From the NCBI GenBank assembly GCA_030141605.1, contig JAQGDQ010000106.1, forward strand, positions 248,001 to 312,000: DNA of 64,000 bases, written 5' to 3'. Source of the stretch: Tubiluchus corallicola (taxonomy: Eukaryota > Animalia > Priapulida). Shown piece by piece: positions 36,550-50,021 of this stretch (its first letter is position 1; every line of letters begins with the position of its first letter). Made by a program: the position numbers and the translations under genes. The notes below the pieces were generated by a model. That model had not been told where the DNA came from, ran no database searches, and saw only the letters and a list, made by a program, of their open reading frames with translations.

Positions 36550-36684
36550 CTGATTAAATATAACAGAGTTGAGGTCACCGCAGTTATAGTGGCGTATAAG
36601 GTCTTCTGTAGAATACGGTGAATGCAACTGGCCTGACCGGATGCCCTCTTGTTGATATAGCGTGTGGTTTAAAGCAAATAACAC
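36550..36684 (-). CDS. TRABD2: TIKI exon 3
   Basis: ccgcag|[45 protein letters not shown]|gtaaaa; phase 0-0. Confidence 0.96.
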
Positions 36685-37019
36685 CTGCGGCAATATAAAT
36701 AAATGAATATATATCATCAGCCATAGTGACTGCCTCATCTGGTAAGCACTTGTACTATCTGCATTCGCTAAAATCTACAAAAACAGGATTTCATTCATTA
36801 ACTACTTTGATGTGCTGTTGCTGAAACTTGTTTTTCTTCTAGCAGCAGACCACAGTTGCTAGCATAACAGTTTTTTTAAGACATACTCGCCCCAGGCAAA
36901 CCATCTAGTACTTGAAATAAAAGTTTACTTTATGTATTAAGTTGGTGAGATGCTTTACCAAAAGGAAGTGATTGCATGTCTCTGTCTTTGGTGTCATGTT
37001 TTTTATAAACAAGAGGGAA

Positions 37020-37680
37020 GCGGTTCAGTCTTGAAGACTTGATCTCTTGACAACATAGCCTTGATCAGTGAGTGGACTACATCTTGGCTCATAAGGCTTG
37101 CATCAAATGAGGAAAGCAACCAAAATCTGTCAACAAAATGATTTTTCCTAGCAGTGTACGTGTTAGTAGTTCTGTAGCAAAAATGTATTATGCAAGAATT
37201 TCGTTTTAGCAATGCTCCGTCCATGAAAATAGTAGGTTACGATTTATTTATCTAGGCAAGTCTGCGCACAAGTGTATCAGTTGGTTTAGATCAGAAGTTT
37301 TGATGTTCTGAATATTACCGCCTAATTACAGAGACAACAGCGATTTAAGGTTGGCAAAGGTGCTTACAAATTACTATGGCGTAGGTATAATCTCTCCAAA
37401 CACTACTAGTCGACAAACTCTCGTGAAAAAGCAGTCAGAGTACATAAAATTGGGCAGTAAAAAGACTAGTTACGATGTAAGCTGGACATGAGTCCGTCTG
37501 CCAAAGAAACACTCGTGCTTTTGTTTTTGATGCGGCTAACGGAAGTGCCCTCTTCATGGCGTATTCTTAAACAAGTTGGACAAGCAGCAGGAAAACATCT
37601 CACTGGGTGGTTGCGCGATGTCAATACATCAAAGGCTGCCGCCGTGGAAGAAGCTGAGGAAAGCTAAGCCGGCCTTTGCC
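37020..37680 (+). mobile_element. Heavily decayed RTE-like LINE 3' fragment
   Basis: Frameshifted remnants in the order expected after RT: SLD.xVD, NQNLST, QRCLQI, KRL...AGH, RLPKK, RKCPLHG, WKKL. Confidence 0.45.
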
Positions 37681-38119
37681 ATTTAACTCCCGACAAAAGC
37701 AGTGGCACAAACCCAGTTTATTTCTCAACTTTTAATGCTGAGTACTGGACACAAGAGCTATTTTGATAAAATATGGCGTTGCCTTCTTCCTCTTTCTTGG
37801 TATTTAATGCGCTTGTTATTTGAATTGTTCGCTAATGCGTCGTACAAACCGGCGGCTAACTTTGATGCCACGGCGAGATTGATTTATTTATAGTTCGTGT
37901 TTTATGAAAATAAATTGATCCCAAAAATGGTTCTCTATAGAATGTTATCGGAGTTTATTGAAACGCCCAAACCGAGCATCCCGATAATGCTTTAAAAACG
38001 TTATGCATGTAGCAACCCATTCTCAGCGTTTGCGAAACTAGCACTCTAGGCCTCTACGTTGGGCATATAGGTATCATTTCAACACTGAATACTACATCAC
38101 TTAGATTGAACAAGCTTAT

Positions 38120-38760
38120 TATTTTCATCAATCTGACATCAAACAGGCTGCACTATTGAAACTGTTCATTGGTCAAATAATACCCGGTTTGTTCAAAAGT
38201 GAAACCACGTGCGATTCATCCAACAACTTACAACAAGTATCGATTTGATTTCTTTGTGTAGTTTAGGTATAGGCGAGTTTAATAAATGGTGTACAACGCG
38301 TTCTTGTTGCACAAATGTGCATTTAGTTCTTCGCACACCAGCAGCGCAACAGTACACTACGTAAACATTCATAGAAGATGAATTTCATTTTAGTATGCAA
38401 TGCTTACTGTCAAGAAAGGACTACGTTCTTACGAGATATTTTTCCAGAATTCCCATCCATGTGTAATATCGATCAGTTTATATTTTTAAACAAAAGTGGA
38501 GATGTGGAAAGAAAGAAAGTGCTGATGAACTATGTTAATAAAATTTCAACTATACGAGATTCTAAACTAAGAGGCATGAATTAATTTTGTTAAGAATCAA
38601 TATACATGTAGTTGTATTTCTTATAAATTATTGTATTTTTAATCAACTACGCGTAAAAAGAGCCCTGTATTTGTAGGGATGTGTTCCTGTTCCTGTATAC
38701 GTTGTTTATTTAAGTTTGTGATCAGTTAATTGTACTTGTGTTTATGTTTGTGGAAAATAA
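38120..38760 (+). mobile_element. Decayed LINE 3' end (C-terminal Cys/His region)
   Basis: IEDEFHF / ILVCNAYCQER with a frameshift resembles the E-x-x-x-H-F-I-L-x-C motif at the end of LINE ORF2; an AT-rich tail follows. Confidence 0.5.
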
Positions 38761-41700
38761 TGCGTTTATAAATCATCCTAGTTTTATGAACAGCAATTTT
38801 ACACGATTTACCAGATTAATCGGATAATTGCACTGCAGGCATCGTCCGATACACCTATAGAACTTTAGGGCAGCAGTGAGTGTTCAGTCTTTAAGAAAAA
38901 GATTTATGGTTTGAAGGCAGCACTGTGGTAAACTAGTATAGTTGCAGACGTAAACACCGCAATAAAATGAGAATCATGTTTATCACTTAACAGTGGGCCT
39001 ATCTCTCTCACATGTAAACACATCTTCTCAAGTTTCAGCCACAACTATTACTGCTGCTTCGCAAGTAGAGAGTTAAAACCGGTGCTACTGCAATAAAAGA
39101 AAAATCCACCCAGCGTTTCTCACTTGCATCGCAAAACAATATGTGCAAACTGCTGCAAAGTTCCCAAAAGTCCTACCATCAGGCAAATAGGCAAAAAGTG
39201 GATTATCGTATTGTTTACCACGTGCCATTTCCATTTAGCAGAAGAGAAGTTTTAAAAATAGAAGAATCGGTACAATAGATACATTAGAGAAATTTACTTA
39301 AAGCACAAAAACACACTTGTCATGAATAAAGTTAAAAATTCGTTATAAAATTTTATACCACCTTCATGCTGTCTTATTGCATACCGGTACTGGGTTTGCA
39401 TTAGCAGTAACGCTATATAAAACTTGTAAATTTACACTCCAGAGATGACAGTTACTCGCAATCAGTTGAGCAAAGTTTGAAATATTCGTAGTACATTCTT
39501 TAAACTAAGTGTAAGTTTGAATTACTATATAATTGTCAGTAAGACTCAATTACTATACAATTGTCAATAAGATTAATAATGTATTTTTTGGTGAAATAGT
39601 GGTGCATGCTGCGATGGCTATGCAGCGCTGTTTTACCAAGTAGCGCAAACATTTTAAATTATTAAAAATACTCTTGTTCAGTTACACAAGTCTTTCAAAG
39701 AGGTAAGCGTGATGCTAAGCAATAATAAATTTGTATTGTAGGAGATACTTTAAACTTTCTTTTCTTCCCCTTTAACTTTGGAGGATAAATAATTCTAGCC
39801 GAGCCCCATGTTTCTGGAAAAATAAATTTCTTTCGAAAAATAAAGTATCTATACAATACCATAGACAAACATTTTTCAAATCTATTGGATATATACTTTT
39901 GGAATCGGACTGAGTGAATAACCAGATTCTTCTAAGATCCGAGCTAATGCTTAGGAAAAACTTTAAAAAGACTAAGTGATATTAGCTAAAATCGTATATG
40001 GCGAAACAGATGGTGTAAATAACTAACAATCTATGAGAAATATAACACGGAAAGTACGTGCAGCTATCTAGTATAAAGGACAGAAAACATTGCAAAGTGA
40101 AACCTGTTAAACAAGGTAAGCTCATGCTCAGAGTATCTTACAGCTACCGACGTGGCGACATTTTCTTCAAGCCAGATGCCAGTGAGCTGTTTTACATTTA
40201 GCCACGCAAAGGAATTTACTAAGGTCAGCTCCCAGCTAGCCAGCAATCATGTTTGTTTACACGTTCAACTGGCACCGCTTGACCAACAACATGTAAACAG
40301 CTCGCATGATAGGCTTATACTAATTCAAAACATCTTAAGTAAGTCAACTGGACAGCAGCAAGAACGTCAAGTGCTGTCAACATTGAGCTTGTGGAAGTTT
40401 GAATCAGGCAACCTCATCCATTGATGTTCGCTTGAGGCGAGTGAAGTAGATGAGAGGTCACAGTATGTACCTGCAGCTAGGATTTTCGGCATAGCGCCTG
40501 GTTGGTAAATGGATAGGCGACTGCCGGGAAAACTGCTTCTGGCAGTTTCATCTGTCATACTGCTTTTGGCTATTTATCTCGTTAGAAGAAGAAGGTATAA
40601 GCATCAAAATGTCGCTAAGACACCTCTCATAAGTCTCCACCCACATTTACTGACCTAATTCGGTACTGCCTAACTTCTATTGGACTAAGAGCTAATCCAA
40701 TCACCTCCTCCCACTGTAGTCCCACAGAAAAATTCCTGAATTCTCTACTTCCATACCTTGAAAAAGCTTTCTTTGGCGTCGTACTACTTTTTCTTAGCTG
40801 ATGTTTTACTCAAGTCTGTCCTGTTTTTTATCACATAACAACTCGAATAATGGCGCATTCATATTTTTCAATAACTAAGACGGCAAACGACAACCCCGAC
40901 AAAAAATGTATATTCCCCATGTTCAATTATTCCCCTAAGAAGCAGAATGTTGACGCAGACTGTTTTAAGAAATTATTAATAAAACATACAAGTTGACAAT
41001 TTCGGACAATACCTCAGCATTCGTCATGACGTAAATTTCAAGTTTTTCTAATGGAATGTGACCCGATCGAGAACACCGCCTCAGGCAGGACAAAAAGTTA
41101 CGAGCGTCACCCCCCCCCCATCTCCGTATCGCAGAAAAGTCAAGGCAACTTAATTTCGTTGTTGATAAACTTGGGATAAACAGAAGGATCTGCTTGCTAG
41201 CAGCGTTATCCGATATTTAAACAGTTACACATCTTAGAATTTTTTACAAGTTATATGCAATTACTTAACACTTGCCGACACAGTCCGGCAAAAAAGGCGG
41301 AAAAAAGTGCCGCAATCGCCTCTTATCAAGTGCGAGATAACGAGAGGAGGAAAAAACATGAAAAACGGGCGCAAACGGTAGCTATAAATGTACCCCACAC
41401 AATGTTACTGCTTTGCTACATGTGCTAAATGTTGCTGCATTACTATCCTAGACATTTAAGCACAGCTTTATAGGGAATTTTCTACGGAAGACTAAGTTTT
41501 ATGACAATCTGGAAGCCATTATAAGCTAAGCAATATGCAAGCTTCGTTGAATTTCACAGGTCCACAAGTGGCCCTGACTAGAACGAGTTTTTGCGAAAGT
41601 GACAGAATTTCTCAAAAATTCAATAGGTGTCTTTCCTTGGTTTCTCATTTTTATAGGAAACCGGTACTGCAAGCCGGAATCCATCATTTAACAGCAGAAT

Positions 41701-41974
41701 CTACACCACAGAGATGTTTGCGGCGAGACCAGAGCCTATTTCATTATCAGCGATAACTAAGATAAGCCACTGAACCAGCAGAGGTGTCTTGTATATACAC
41801 ACTCTTCCTCTACGAGATGGCAACTATAATCAGTACGTGGCAAATAAAACCGTTCAGAACTTATGCGGTTCTAAGCAAATCACGCAATGTACATACACGT
41901 ATATAACATATCACCACTCAGGTACTCACACGGCTGCTCCTTAACAGCTGACAGTAGAAAGGCTCAGACAATAT

Positions 41975-41978
<4 letters not shown>

Positions 41979-42060
<82 letters not shown>
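41979..42060. repeat. (TC)n microsatellite
   Basis: Pure TC run. Confidence 0.98.
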
Positions 42061-42064
<4 letters not shown>

Positions 42065-42999
42065 CCTCTCTCACTTTTTTCGCTTTACTATCTCTGTCTT
42101 CTATCCCGCGTTTAAATTTCGTCAAGCGTTAAGTAAATACAAAAATATCTCAACAAGTTTTATACAGTAATATCCTTAAAAATACTGGAAAGAGCCTCGG
42201 AGAGAAGCACTGAACAAGATTTTGTAGCACTTGCCACTTTAAGTTGGCAGGGATAAAGTGGATTTTTAGCGTGTATGCGCTATTTTGTGGGAGAACACAT
42301 AAAAATTTAAAAAAATAATCCTTTATAAAACATGAATGAAAACCAGACTGAAACAGGTAGAAACGACAAAATAACTGAAAACAAGAAGCATAAACCACTT
42401 TTGTTTTTAAGCTTTTCTTCTGTTAAACAGAATTCCAATTTCTGAAGAGTTCCAATTGTATGTTTCAATTTATTGTTATTTAATTTTCTAAAAGTTATTT
42501 AATTTTCCACATTTTCTGATGTTTCTTCTTCGCGACGGTAACTTTACAGTGGATGCTTATTATGTGCTTAAACAGTATTAGATGACATAAATAACAAGTT
42601 AAAGAAGTTGCAAGTGACCATAAGGTAGAAAGTGTTGATCCTGTGCTTATTTTTAAAAGTTCTAAAAATCTATATATGCAGTTAATCTTGCTAAAAACTG
42701 TTGACATTGCTCATGTCACGAAAACCGTATTAAACCCACAAATAATGAGCTGACACATTAAACAACGTTCATCGTTGACCGCCTTCGAAATTTACCCTAG
42801 TAAAGTTTAATGGAAATTTTTAAGGAGGCTTTCAGAGGTTAACAAGAGCGGAAACTCACATAATACGTTATTATACAGGCTCAAAGAGATGAGGATGTCA
42901 ATCATCGTCTGGTACTGATGCTGTGAAGAAAGCAGGTTTGCCCGCAGCGACAACCAATCCCAGTCATAAAACATGAGCCGGCAAAATAACAGCTTATTT

Positions 43000-44780
43000 A
43001 CTGTTATTCGATCCAAGAAGCAGTCTGTCAATCAGCAAGACCGTTTAGAAAAGCTACCATGGTACCTTACTGCAATGCATAAAAAATTATTCCACAGCGC
43101 ATGCGCAGAATAAACCAACATGTTTAGATCATCTTCGCACAATGCGCTTATAGATAATTAAAATCACGTCACGTTATCAAGACACAGTTTAAACAGTCTT
43201 TCCAAAATCGAACTAATATCTGAGCGTGCTTTGCAAAACAATTCAAGGGACTTTTTTAAAGAAGTTAATAAGATGAGCGGTAAAAATAAACGAATAAGCT
43301 CATGTACTAATGGCGAAACCGACAATGTACGACGAGCTATACAATTCTGTTGCATTCGATGAAACAAAATGGCGAATTAAATGGCGAAACAAATTAGTAA
43401 CGAGAAAGTCAATTCTGAAAGAGAGGATGTACATATTTAGGTACAAGACACAACAAAGGCTATGCAGTATATGAAATGTAACAAACATGATGGGTCGTTT
43501 GGCTTAATGTCCGATCATTTACTGTATGCGAGTGACTCTTTCATAATGCATTTGAGCATGTTATTTACTGTGATATTACGACATGGATTTGTTCCTAAAC
43601 ATATGAATTTAACTAACATTGTACCAATTGTCAAAGACAAACATGGTGATATAACAAACTGTTCAAGTTATAGGGGAATAGCTTTATCGTCATGCTTGGG
43701 TAAATTAATGAATAAGATTATTCTAATGAAAAATGTTGACAAATTGAGCAACATGTCCACTACTGTATGTTCGTTAAAGTAGAAACAATTAGCTACTATC
43801 TAAACAATAATTCAGACGTATATTGCTCTGTGTTGGATGCCTCAAAGGCGTTTGACAAAGTAAATTTCGTAAAGCTTTTTTCACTACTGGTTCAAGGAGA
43901 AGTACCATGTCAAATTTTACAGGTACTGATAAAGATGTATATTTCTCAAAAACGTACGAGTAAACTGCCATTCTGAAGAAATTAAAACATTACCAACGGG
44001 GTCCGGCAGAGAGTAGTACTGCCGCCTATATTGTTTACCATATATCTAGATGATTTGTTAATAAGACTGCGTAACTGTGAAGTTGGTTGTTATATAGGAA
44101 ATGCATTTGCAGGTGCGTTGGGCTAAGCAAATGAGTTGACTTTACTGGTTTCAACAATAAAACGTTTACAAAAGATGTTGCAGATACGTGAAAACAATGG
44201 GCGTGAACATAGCCTAAATGTTTTAAACACACAAGGTAGAAGCATGTGCACACGGCTCCGTAAACAGTCAAATTCATCTTCGTATCCTACAGTGTATTTA
44301 GACGGACAGCCTCTAACCTGGGTAAAGCAGATATCTCACCTAGGACACATTATTAGAGAGAATCTGTCTTGTGAAACCGACGTAATGTTAAAGAAAGGGC
44401 AGTTCATTGGTCAGGTAAACAGAGTTATAGTCGATTTTCACAATCTCAAGAAAAATCTGAAAATGGGATTGTTGCAAACGTATTGTTGTGGCTCATCACG
44501 TTGGCAGTTAACATCCCCTGCACTGAGTATTTTAGAAACAGTACTTCAGAGTGTTGCTATAACAAAGCTACTTAAGCTGCCAAATACAACACACACTCGA
44601 TTATTACTAGCAATTAGTATCTTAAACACACCAAAAAATGCAGATCATTAGTAGGTTTATGAAATTTTATTTTATGTTAAACTTCGTAGTAATAACAACC
44701 AGTTAGCATTGTGCATTTTAAATAGCTCGATAATGTCTGTTGCAACTGTTATTGGAAGAAACTTGCGTTTTCTAAATTAT
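43000..44780 (+). mobile_element. Decayed non-LTR retrotransposon ORF2 (RTE-X-like reverse transcriptase) in TIKI intron 2, antisense to TIKI
   Basis: IVPIVKDKHGDITNCSSYRGIALSSCLGKL, LDASKAFDKV, NGVRQRVVLPPILFTIYLDDLL, GALG*ANELTLL (broken YADD) and HLGHII, with several frameshifts and stops. Confidence 0.92.
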
Positions 44781-47700
44781 GAATATCTTATTAAGGAAGA
44801 AGGCTTAATTAATAACTGTGTAAAAATCAATTGTTTATAAAAAGCCTAAAACAATTTAGTGAGTATGACTAAAAAGTGCATAAAAAAACTCACGTTTATT
44901 AATCTACTAAATTAACAGCTAAATATTTAAGTGATTTAAATGATCTAGATATGGTCCCGATTCCTGAATGCTACTAGAATTTTATTGCTTACACTTTTTA
45001 TTAGTTTCTACATAAAATATTCTTACAGATAATTATCTGCATATTTCTTTCTTGTTTTTCATTATTTTTGTTTATTTTCATCTTATTTTGGTTCTGAGAC
45101 ATACTGTATGATGACAGGACAACTATATTGAGTTGGACACAGCTAGTCTATAATGTTTACAAGTGACCAATGAACTTAGAAAGAGCAGTGAAGGCGCCAG
45201 TCAGCGCTGACAAAATAATTGCTTGTTCCGTCGGCGCTTCTCTTGTATACAAGCAAATTTTAACTAAGCTAATTTTTCGCACCCGTACAAATTACACTCA
45301 TTGTGAAAATGACAGTATGGCAGTGTTGGTAATCAATGGCTCATTGTCCTTTAAGCTTCTATACATGAAAACAGTTGCTATGTCAGGTGCGGGAAGCACA
45401 ATAAATTATAAACCTCTCTCAGCACTAAACCTAAGGCAACAAATGCCTATAATCACCATTTAAAGGCTATATAAATAAGGTCGCTAAAAGGTGAACAAAA
45501 TGGTTTTATAATTTCGTGTGTCGCAGGACTATTGCGCCTAAACTTCACATAGTCCAATGCACTAACACACCGCTAACACTTATATTTTTAAATTCAGTAA
45601 TGCTGTTTCTGTGTATGTTCGAAAATTAATGATCATTCAGTCTCTGCAGCTCATAATTATTATACAAATAATTTCACTAGTATGACATAGGAGAAAATAA
45701 CACGATTATATAGTCAATTGGAATCATTCTTTTACTTTATTTATTACAGTATCAAAGTCACAAATTTAAAATGGAAGCATCTGCATGCAATAAATTGGCA
45801 AGTGACAAAAAGTTTAATAACTCACAAAGGCTCAGAAGTAACAGAGTGGTCACATCCTGCTTGGCTACAAAGTTAACCAGTGCTAGGTTTTGTTAGTAAA
45901 AAGTTTTGTTCACAGCAAGAAAATGCTTCTGGGCAGCTGACTTCCATTCCGTTCCAATTACTTCCCTTGCCGAGGAAGGATGCATCCTTGAAAATGAACA
46001 ATGTCCCAATCCGATCACAGCTCTCAAAATTAAGCAGGCCCAGTGTTCCGAAGTGCACAAGACAAGAAATAATAATCGGTATACCTAGTCTTGTTCTCCA
46101 TTTCAGATTTTCTTTTATATCTACTATTGTTCAATCGAGCTCCACTGCATTGAAGATAACAAAACATTGGTAAATTTACTGTTTTTTGGGAAAATTTTTA
46201 TTGAGCTTCATGATGTTCACACTGAACAACTCGCACTCTGTTAAAGCTTCAGCCTTCACTGAAGGCCAAATACAACGTCAGAACTACGTCAACCGTTTAA
46301 TTAAAGCATTCCCTAAATCCAAATATCCAACATCTTAAGACACTCCGATCAACTTGCATCAAGAGAGAAGAAACGTCAGGGAGTCATAGAATTTGAAAAA
46401 ATAGATTCCATAAAGAACAGAAAAAAACTTGAATTGAATCGTATTTTTTACATTTCTGTATAGCAAGACATAAACTTAGGCAAGTGCCGCCAGGCGACAT
46501 GGAACCGCACCTGATTACCGCCTAATCAGAAGAGAATTTTCGCCTCCAGATAAACATTGAATGTAAGCATAGGGGGCAAATAAACAGCCCAGTAGCCTTC
46601 CTGGCATTACAAGCTTACTGAAAGCACTCAATGGGCAGATTAGAATAATGAGTGGAAAGAATTCCCTAACAGAGCACATCCCAGTACATGTAAACATTAC
46701 GGATAATACACTCATGTTTGCTGATGTTCAGAGTGTACACATTGTACGATTTGTAGCTGTCCAGTAAATGAATGAACGCCGAGAAACCACATTGTGCCAA
46801 AGCAAAAATTGGCAAAAGCCCAAAACGGTGACTGTTAGATGCCAAGCTATATTCACACCGAATCAGAATGCAATCACGTGGTCTAACAGCCGCTACAGTT
46901 AGAATATAAGATGGTACGGCTATGTATGTAGGACAGCAAAATTTTTTACCCATATTAAGTTTAGCCATATTGTTTACCCATGATACTCATTAAAACACTA
47001 ATCCAACTAATACAGAAAGCTATTGCTTTAAGATAAAAATCGTCCATACATGTATATAGGTAAAATGCATAAAATAAAATGATTTTATACCATCAGCCAT
47101 ATACAGACGATTTCTATTTTAAAGCAATAGCCATTCTGCATAAGTTGGATTACTGATCTTCAATAATATCGGTTACATAGTCTAAAGCACGTACAGTTGT
47201 ATGTCCCTACTTTGTATCTCTCTACTACATTTATTATCAAATTTGAGGTGCTGGTGTAAGTTTTGTACGTGCGTTATTGGTATAAGCCAGTGCAGTGAGA
47301 TCTCTCAGATGACAAGAAGAGACGATACCAACCGTAAATTCTTATAAGCAAGACAGGTCACCATATTATAAGCATAGGAGTTTTCCAGAACCTAAATTTG
47401 TAGCTGCAGCCTTGCAGTCAAGAGTACATTCTTGTGTTTGCTTGTTCTTAAAATATAATTTTCATATAACGTAATTATTTAATCTCATAAATTTTATTAC
47501 TTGGCTTAATTTACGAAAAAAATATACAACAAATTCTGTATTATTTAAATAATACCTCCTATTTTTGAATTTAAATTATACATTGAAAGACCAGCTCACA
47601 AACACGCACAAATGGCCGTACTGAACTTACCCGAGCTACTTTTGAAATACTCAGACTCTACACATACTGCTCTAAATTCCAAATATTTCAGTGAGTGGGA

Positions 47701-49460
47701 GATATTAAAGCTGTAGGTAATTAAGCCAACGCCACCAGAGCATTCACGCAGTTCCTTACATAACTCCACATGGGCAAGAGCTGCAATGCTATATACACAC
47801 AGGACGTGGACGCCCCACACATTTGACATTATCGTCGTGATGTTGACGTGAACATACAGAAATAAGGCGTGTTCGGGCAGAACACCGTTTATGGGAGAGA
47901 ACCAACTACATGTATACGCAGGCCACGCTATCCAACATTGTCGTGGAGTTTCACTAAGTTTGGATTTGATAATGGTTTTTAGCGCTGTTAAGATATCTAG
48001 ATGGTGGCCATTCAATGACTACTGCTCAATGGAAATTGTACAAAGTTCCACTTCAACTGTAAACGTATAATAAATATATAATTAACTAGTTTAATCTACA
48101 GCCAAAGAGACAGATGGGCTCATTCAAGCTGCCACACGGCAATTGGTCTGTTCTGCTAGATGCTTCAGCACATACCTGCCATATATGCACTGCAAAGATA
48201 TTAATAAAGTCAAAATTACAACTCGTTTACACATTTTACTTCTCCTGCCATAATCCAATGTCAGAGTGTACTATAATGACCCCTTCTCTCCCTAAAAGTA
48301 AAAAAGCACTTTCTTCAAATATATGACAGTCCTGTCGTGCTGTTGTCATACTTCACACTACCTGAATGTCTATGATATCTATATACTTGTCTGTCCTTCA
48401 TACAATACTTTTTTAAATATTAGGAACTAAAACAAATACGGACCAGTACTGTAATCGTTGGCACGTAGTGTCTACACACTATATGGATAACAAAAAATTG
48501 CAAAATGCTTTGGGGCAAGAAGTCTTTCTGACACCATGCAGTAACTTACATTTAATTCTAATTAATGGAAATTTAATGTTTGAAACTTCAGGGCATTGTA
48601 CTGGTGCACTCGATTATCACACTCAGTCTTAAAAACGCACTAGCTTTTATTAAATAAATTGCACTGGCAAAAATAAAATGCCAGCCCAGGCTCGCTCTAT
48701 AATAAACCTCAAGTGGGGCTCTGCTAATGATGTGACAGCTCCACTGTGTCCCAGCACCGAAACCACAAAAGTTTGGAACAGAGTAGGCAAAAACTTGCAA
48801 CAGTTTGTTATGGCTTTTAATTAATAATATTACTGAATAATTAAGACGTGCATGTTTAACTAACAAGTTCTGAGAACATTTTGGGACTGTATGGCAATGA
48901 CAGTTTGCACTTTGCAAAAACAACAGGGAAAATGCTAGGCAATGTTTTTGACCACACGCACTGACTTTCTGTTTTGCTTTCTGCTTCGAAATACAAAATT
49001 TTTTCTTGCATTTGCCGTTTGTTTGAATTAAATTTGCAAAAAAAAATTTAAAATATCGTTACAAGTGCAATAAACATTACAGTGAAAGGGTTCCCTTGGA
49101 CAGAAGTTAATTAAAATCAGGGTATAGTAGACTATCAGTAGTCAGTATGTATATAAACATGATTTGGACTTTACCAATTTAAAAAGCTTTTTGACAATTG
49201 CAATAACATTATGTCCACGTGTAAAAGTGCTCATATGATTTTAAACGTGTATGTATAATTGCCATTGAAAATATTGCTATTGATAAAATATAATTCTCGC
49301 AGCTGCCCTTTGTTTCGTCCGTTGGTTTTTCTTAGAGGGCTCTTTTGTAAAATTCGTTGTAATGATTTATTTACTGTATTAATAAAATTACTACTACTAC
49401 TACTAAACTATATAGTACATCTAGTATTTAGTTATTATATTTAGTAATATAAATACATAC

Positions 49461-50021
49461 CTGTGAATAGTTCAGGCCGTTTAGTGGGACACATTGTTCT
49501 TCCACCATCTCCACTGCTCCCGTCCGCTTGTTCTGTCTGTCCGCTTCCTGTGCCAAATACAAGTCCAGAACGGGGATACCCCGGGATTTAATATCACCTT
49601 CGGTTAATGAGTTCACCATCAACATGACCCAAACGGGCCGCTTTCTCTCCCAGTTTCCAGTAATCGCATTAAATAAATAATCAGCATATAGTCCTCGACC
49701 CTTCTGATCTGCTGTCATCCATGCAGGCATCATTGTCTTTACATATTCTAGATGGCGCTTTAAACGCTTGTAGATGTCTTTTGGCAGTAAATCCGACAGC
49801 TCCTCCCCAGCCGGCAATAATTGACATTTAGTTAATGCAGATATCGTACCGGGGTCAGTTAGGTCCAACTCAAAGAATATGTTTTCGCTATTCTCGAAGG
49901 CTTGCCGGGTGTTATCCGGGATGTAGTCCCACACACGAGTGTAGGGTACATGAATGGTGCCAAAAAAGTAAGATGGCGGATCTCGTTTTATAGTCCACAG
50001 AAAGGAATTCAGATGTTGTTG
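49461..50021 (-). CDS. TRABD2: TIKI exon 2, core of the TraB/TIKI metalloprotease domain
   Basis: [35 protein letters not shown]...FELDLTDP...[19 protein letters not shown]...[19 protein letters not shown]|gtatgt, closely matching recalled TIKI1/2 sequence; 561 nt, phase 0-0. Confidence 0.98.

Noticed and set aside
37488-37667. 59-aa + strand ORF MSPSAKETLVLLFLMRLTEVPSSWRILKQVGQAAGKHLTGWLRDVNTSKAAAVEEAEES, resembling an amphipathic antimicrobial peptide precursor with an acidic tail
   Set aside because: The hydrophobic core is short for a signal peptide, and other frames carry RTE-LINE remnants (QRCLQI, AGH, RLPKK) in the expected order. A chance frame in a decayed retroelement is the simpler explanation; expression data could revive it.
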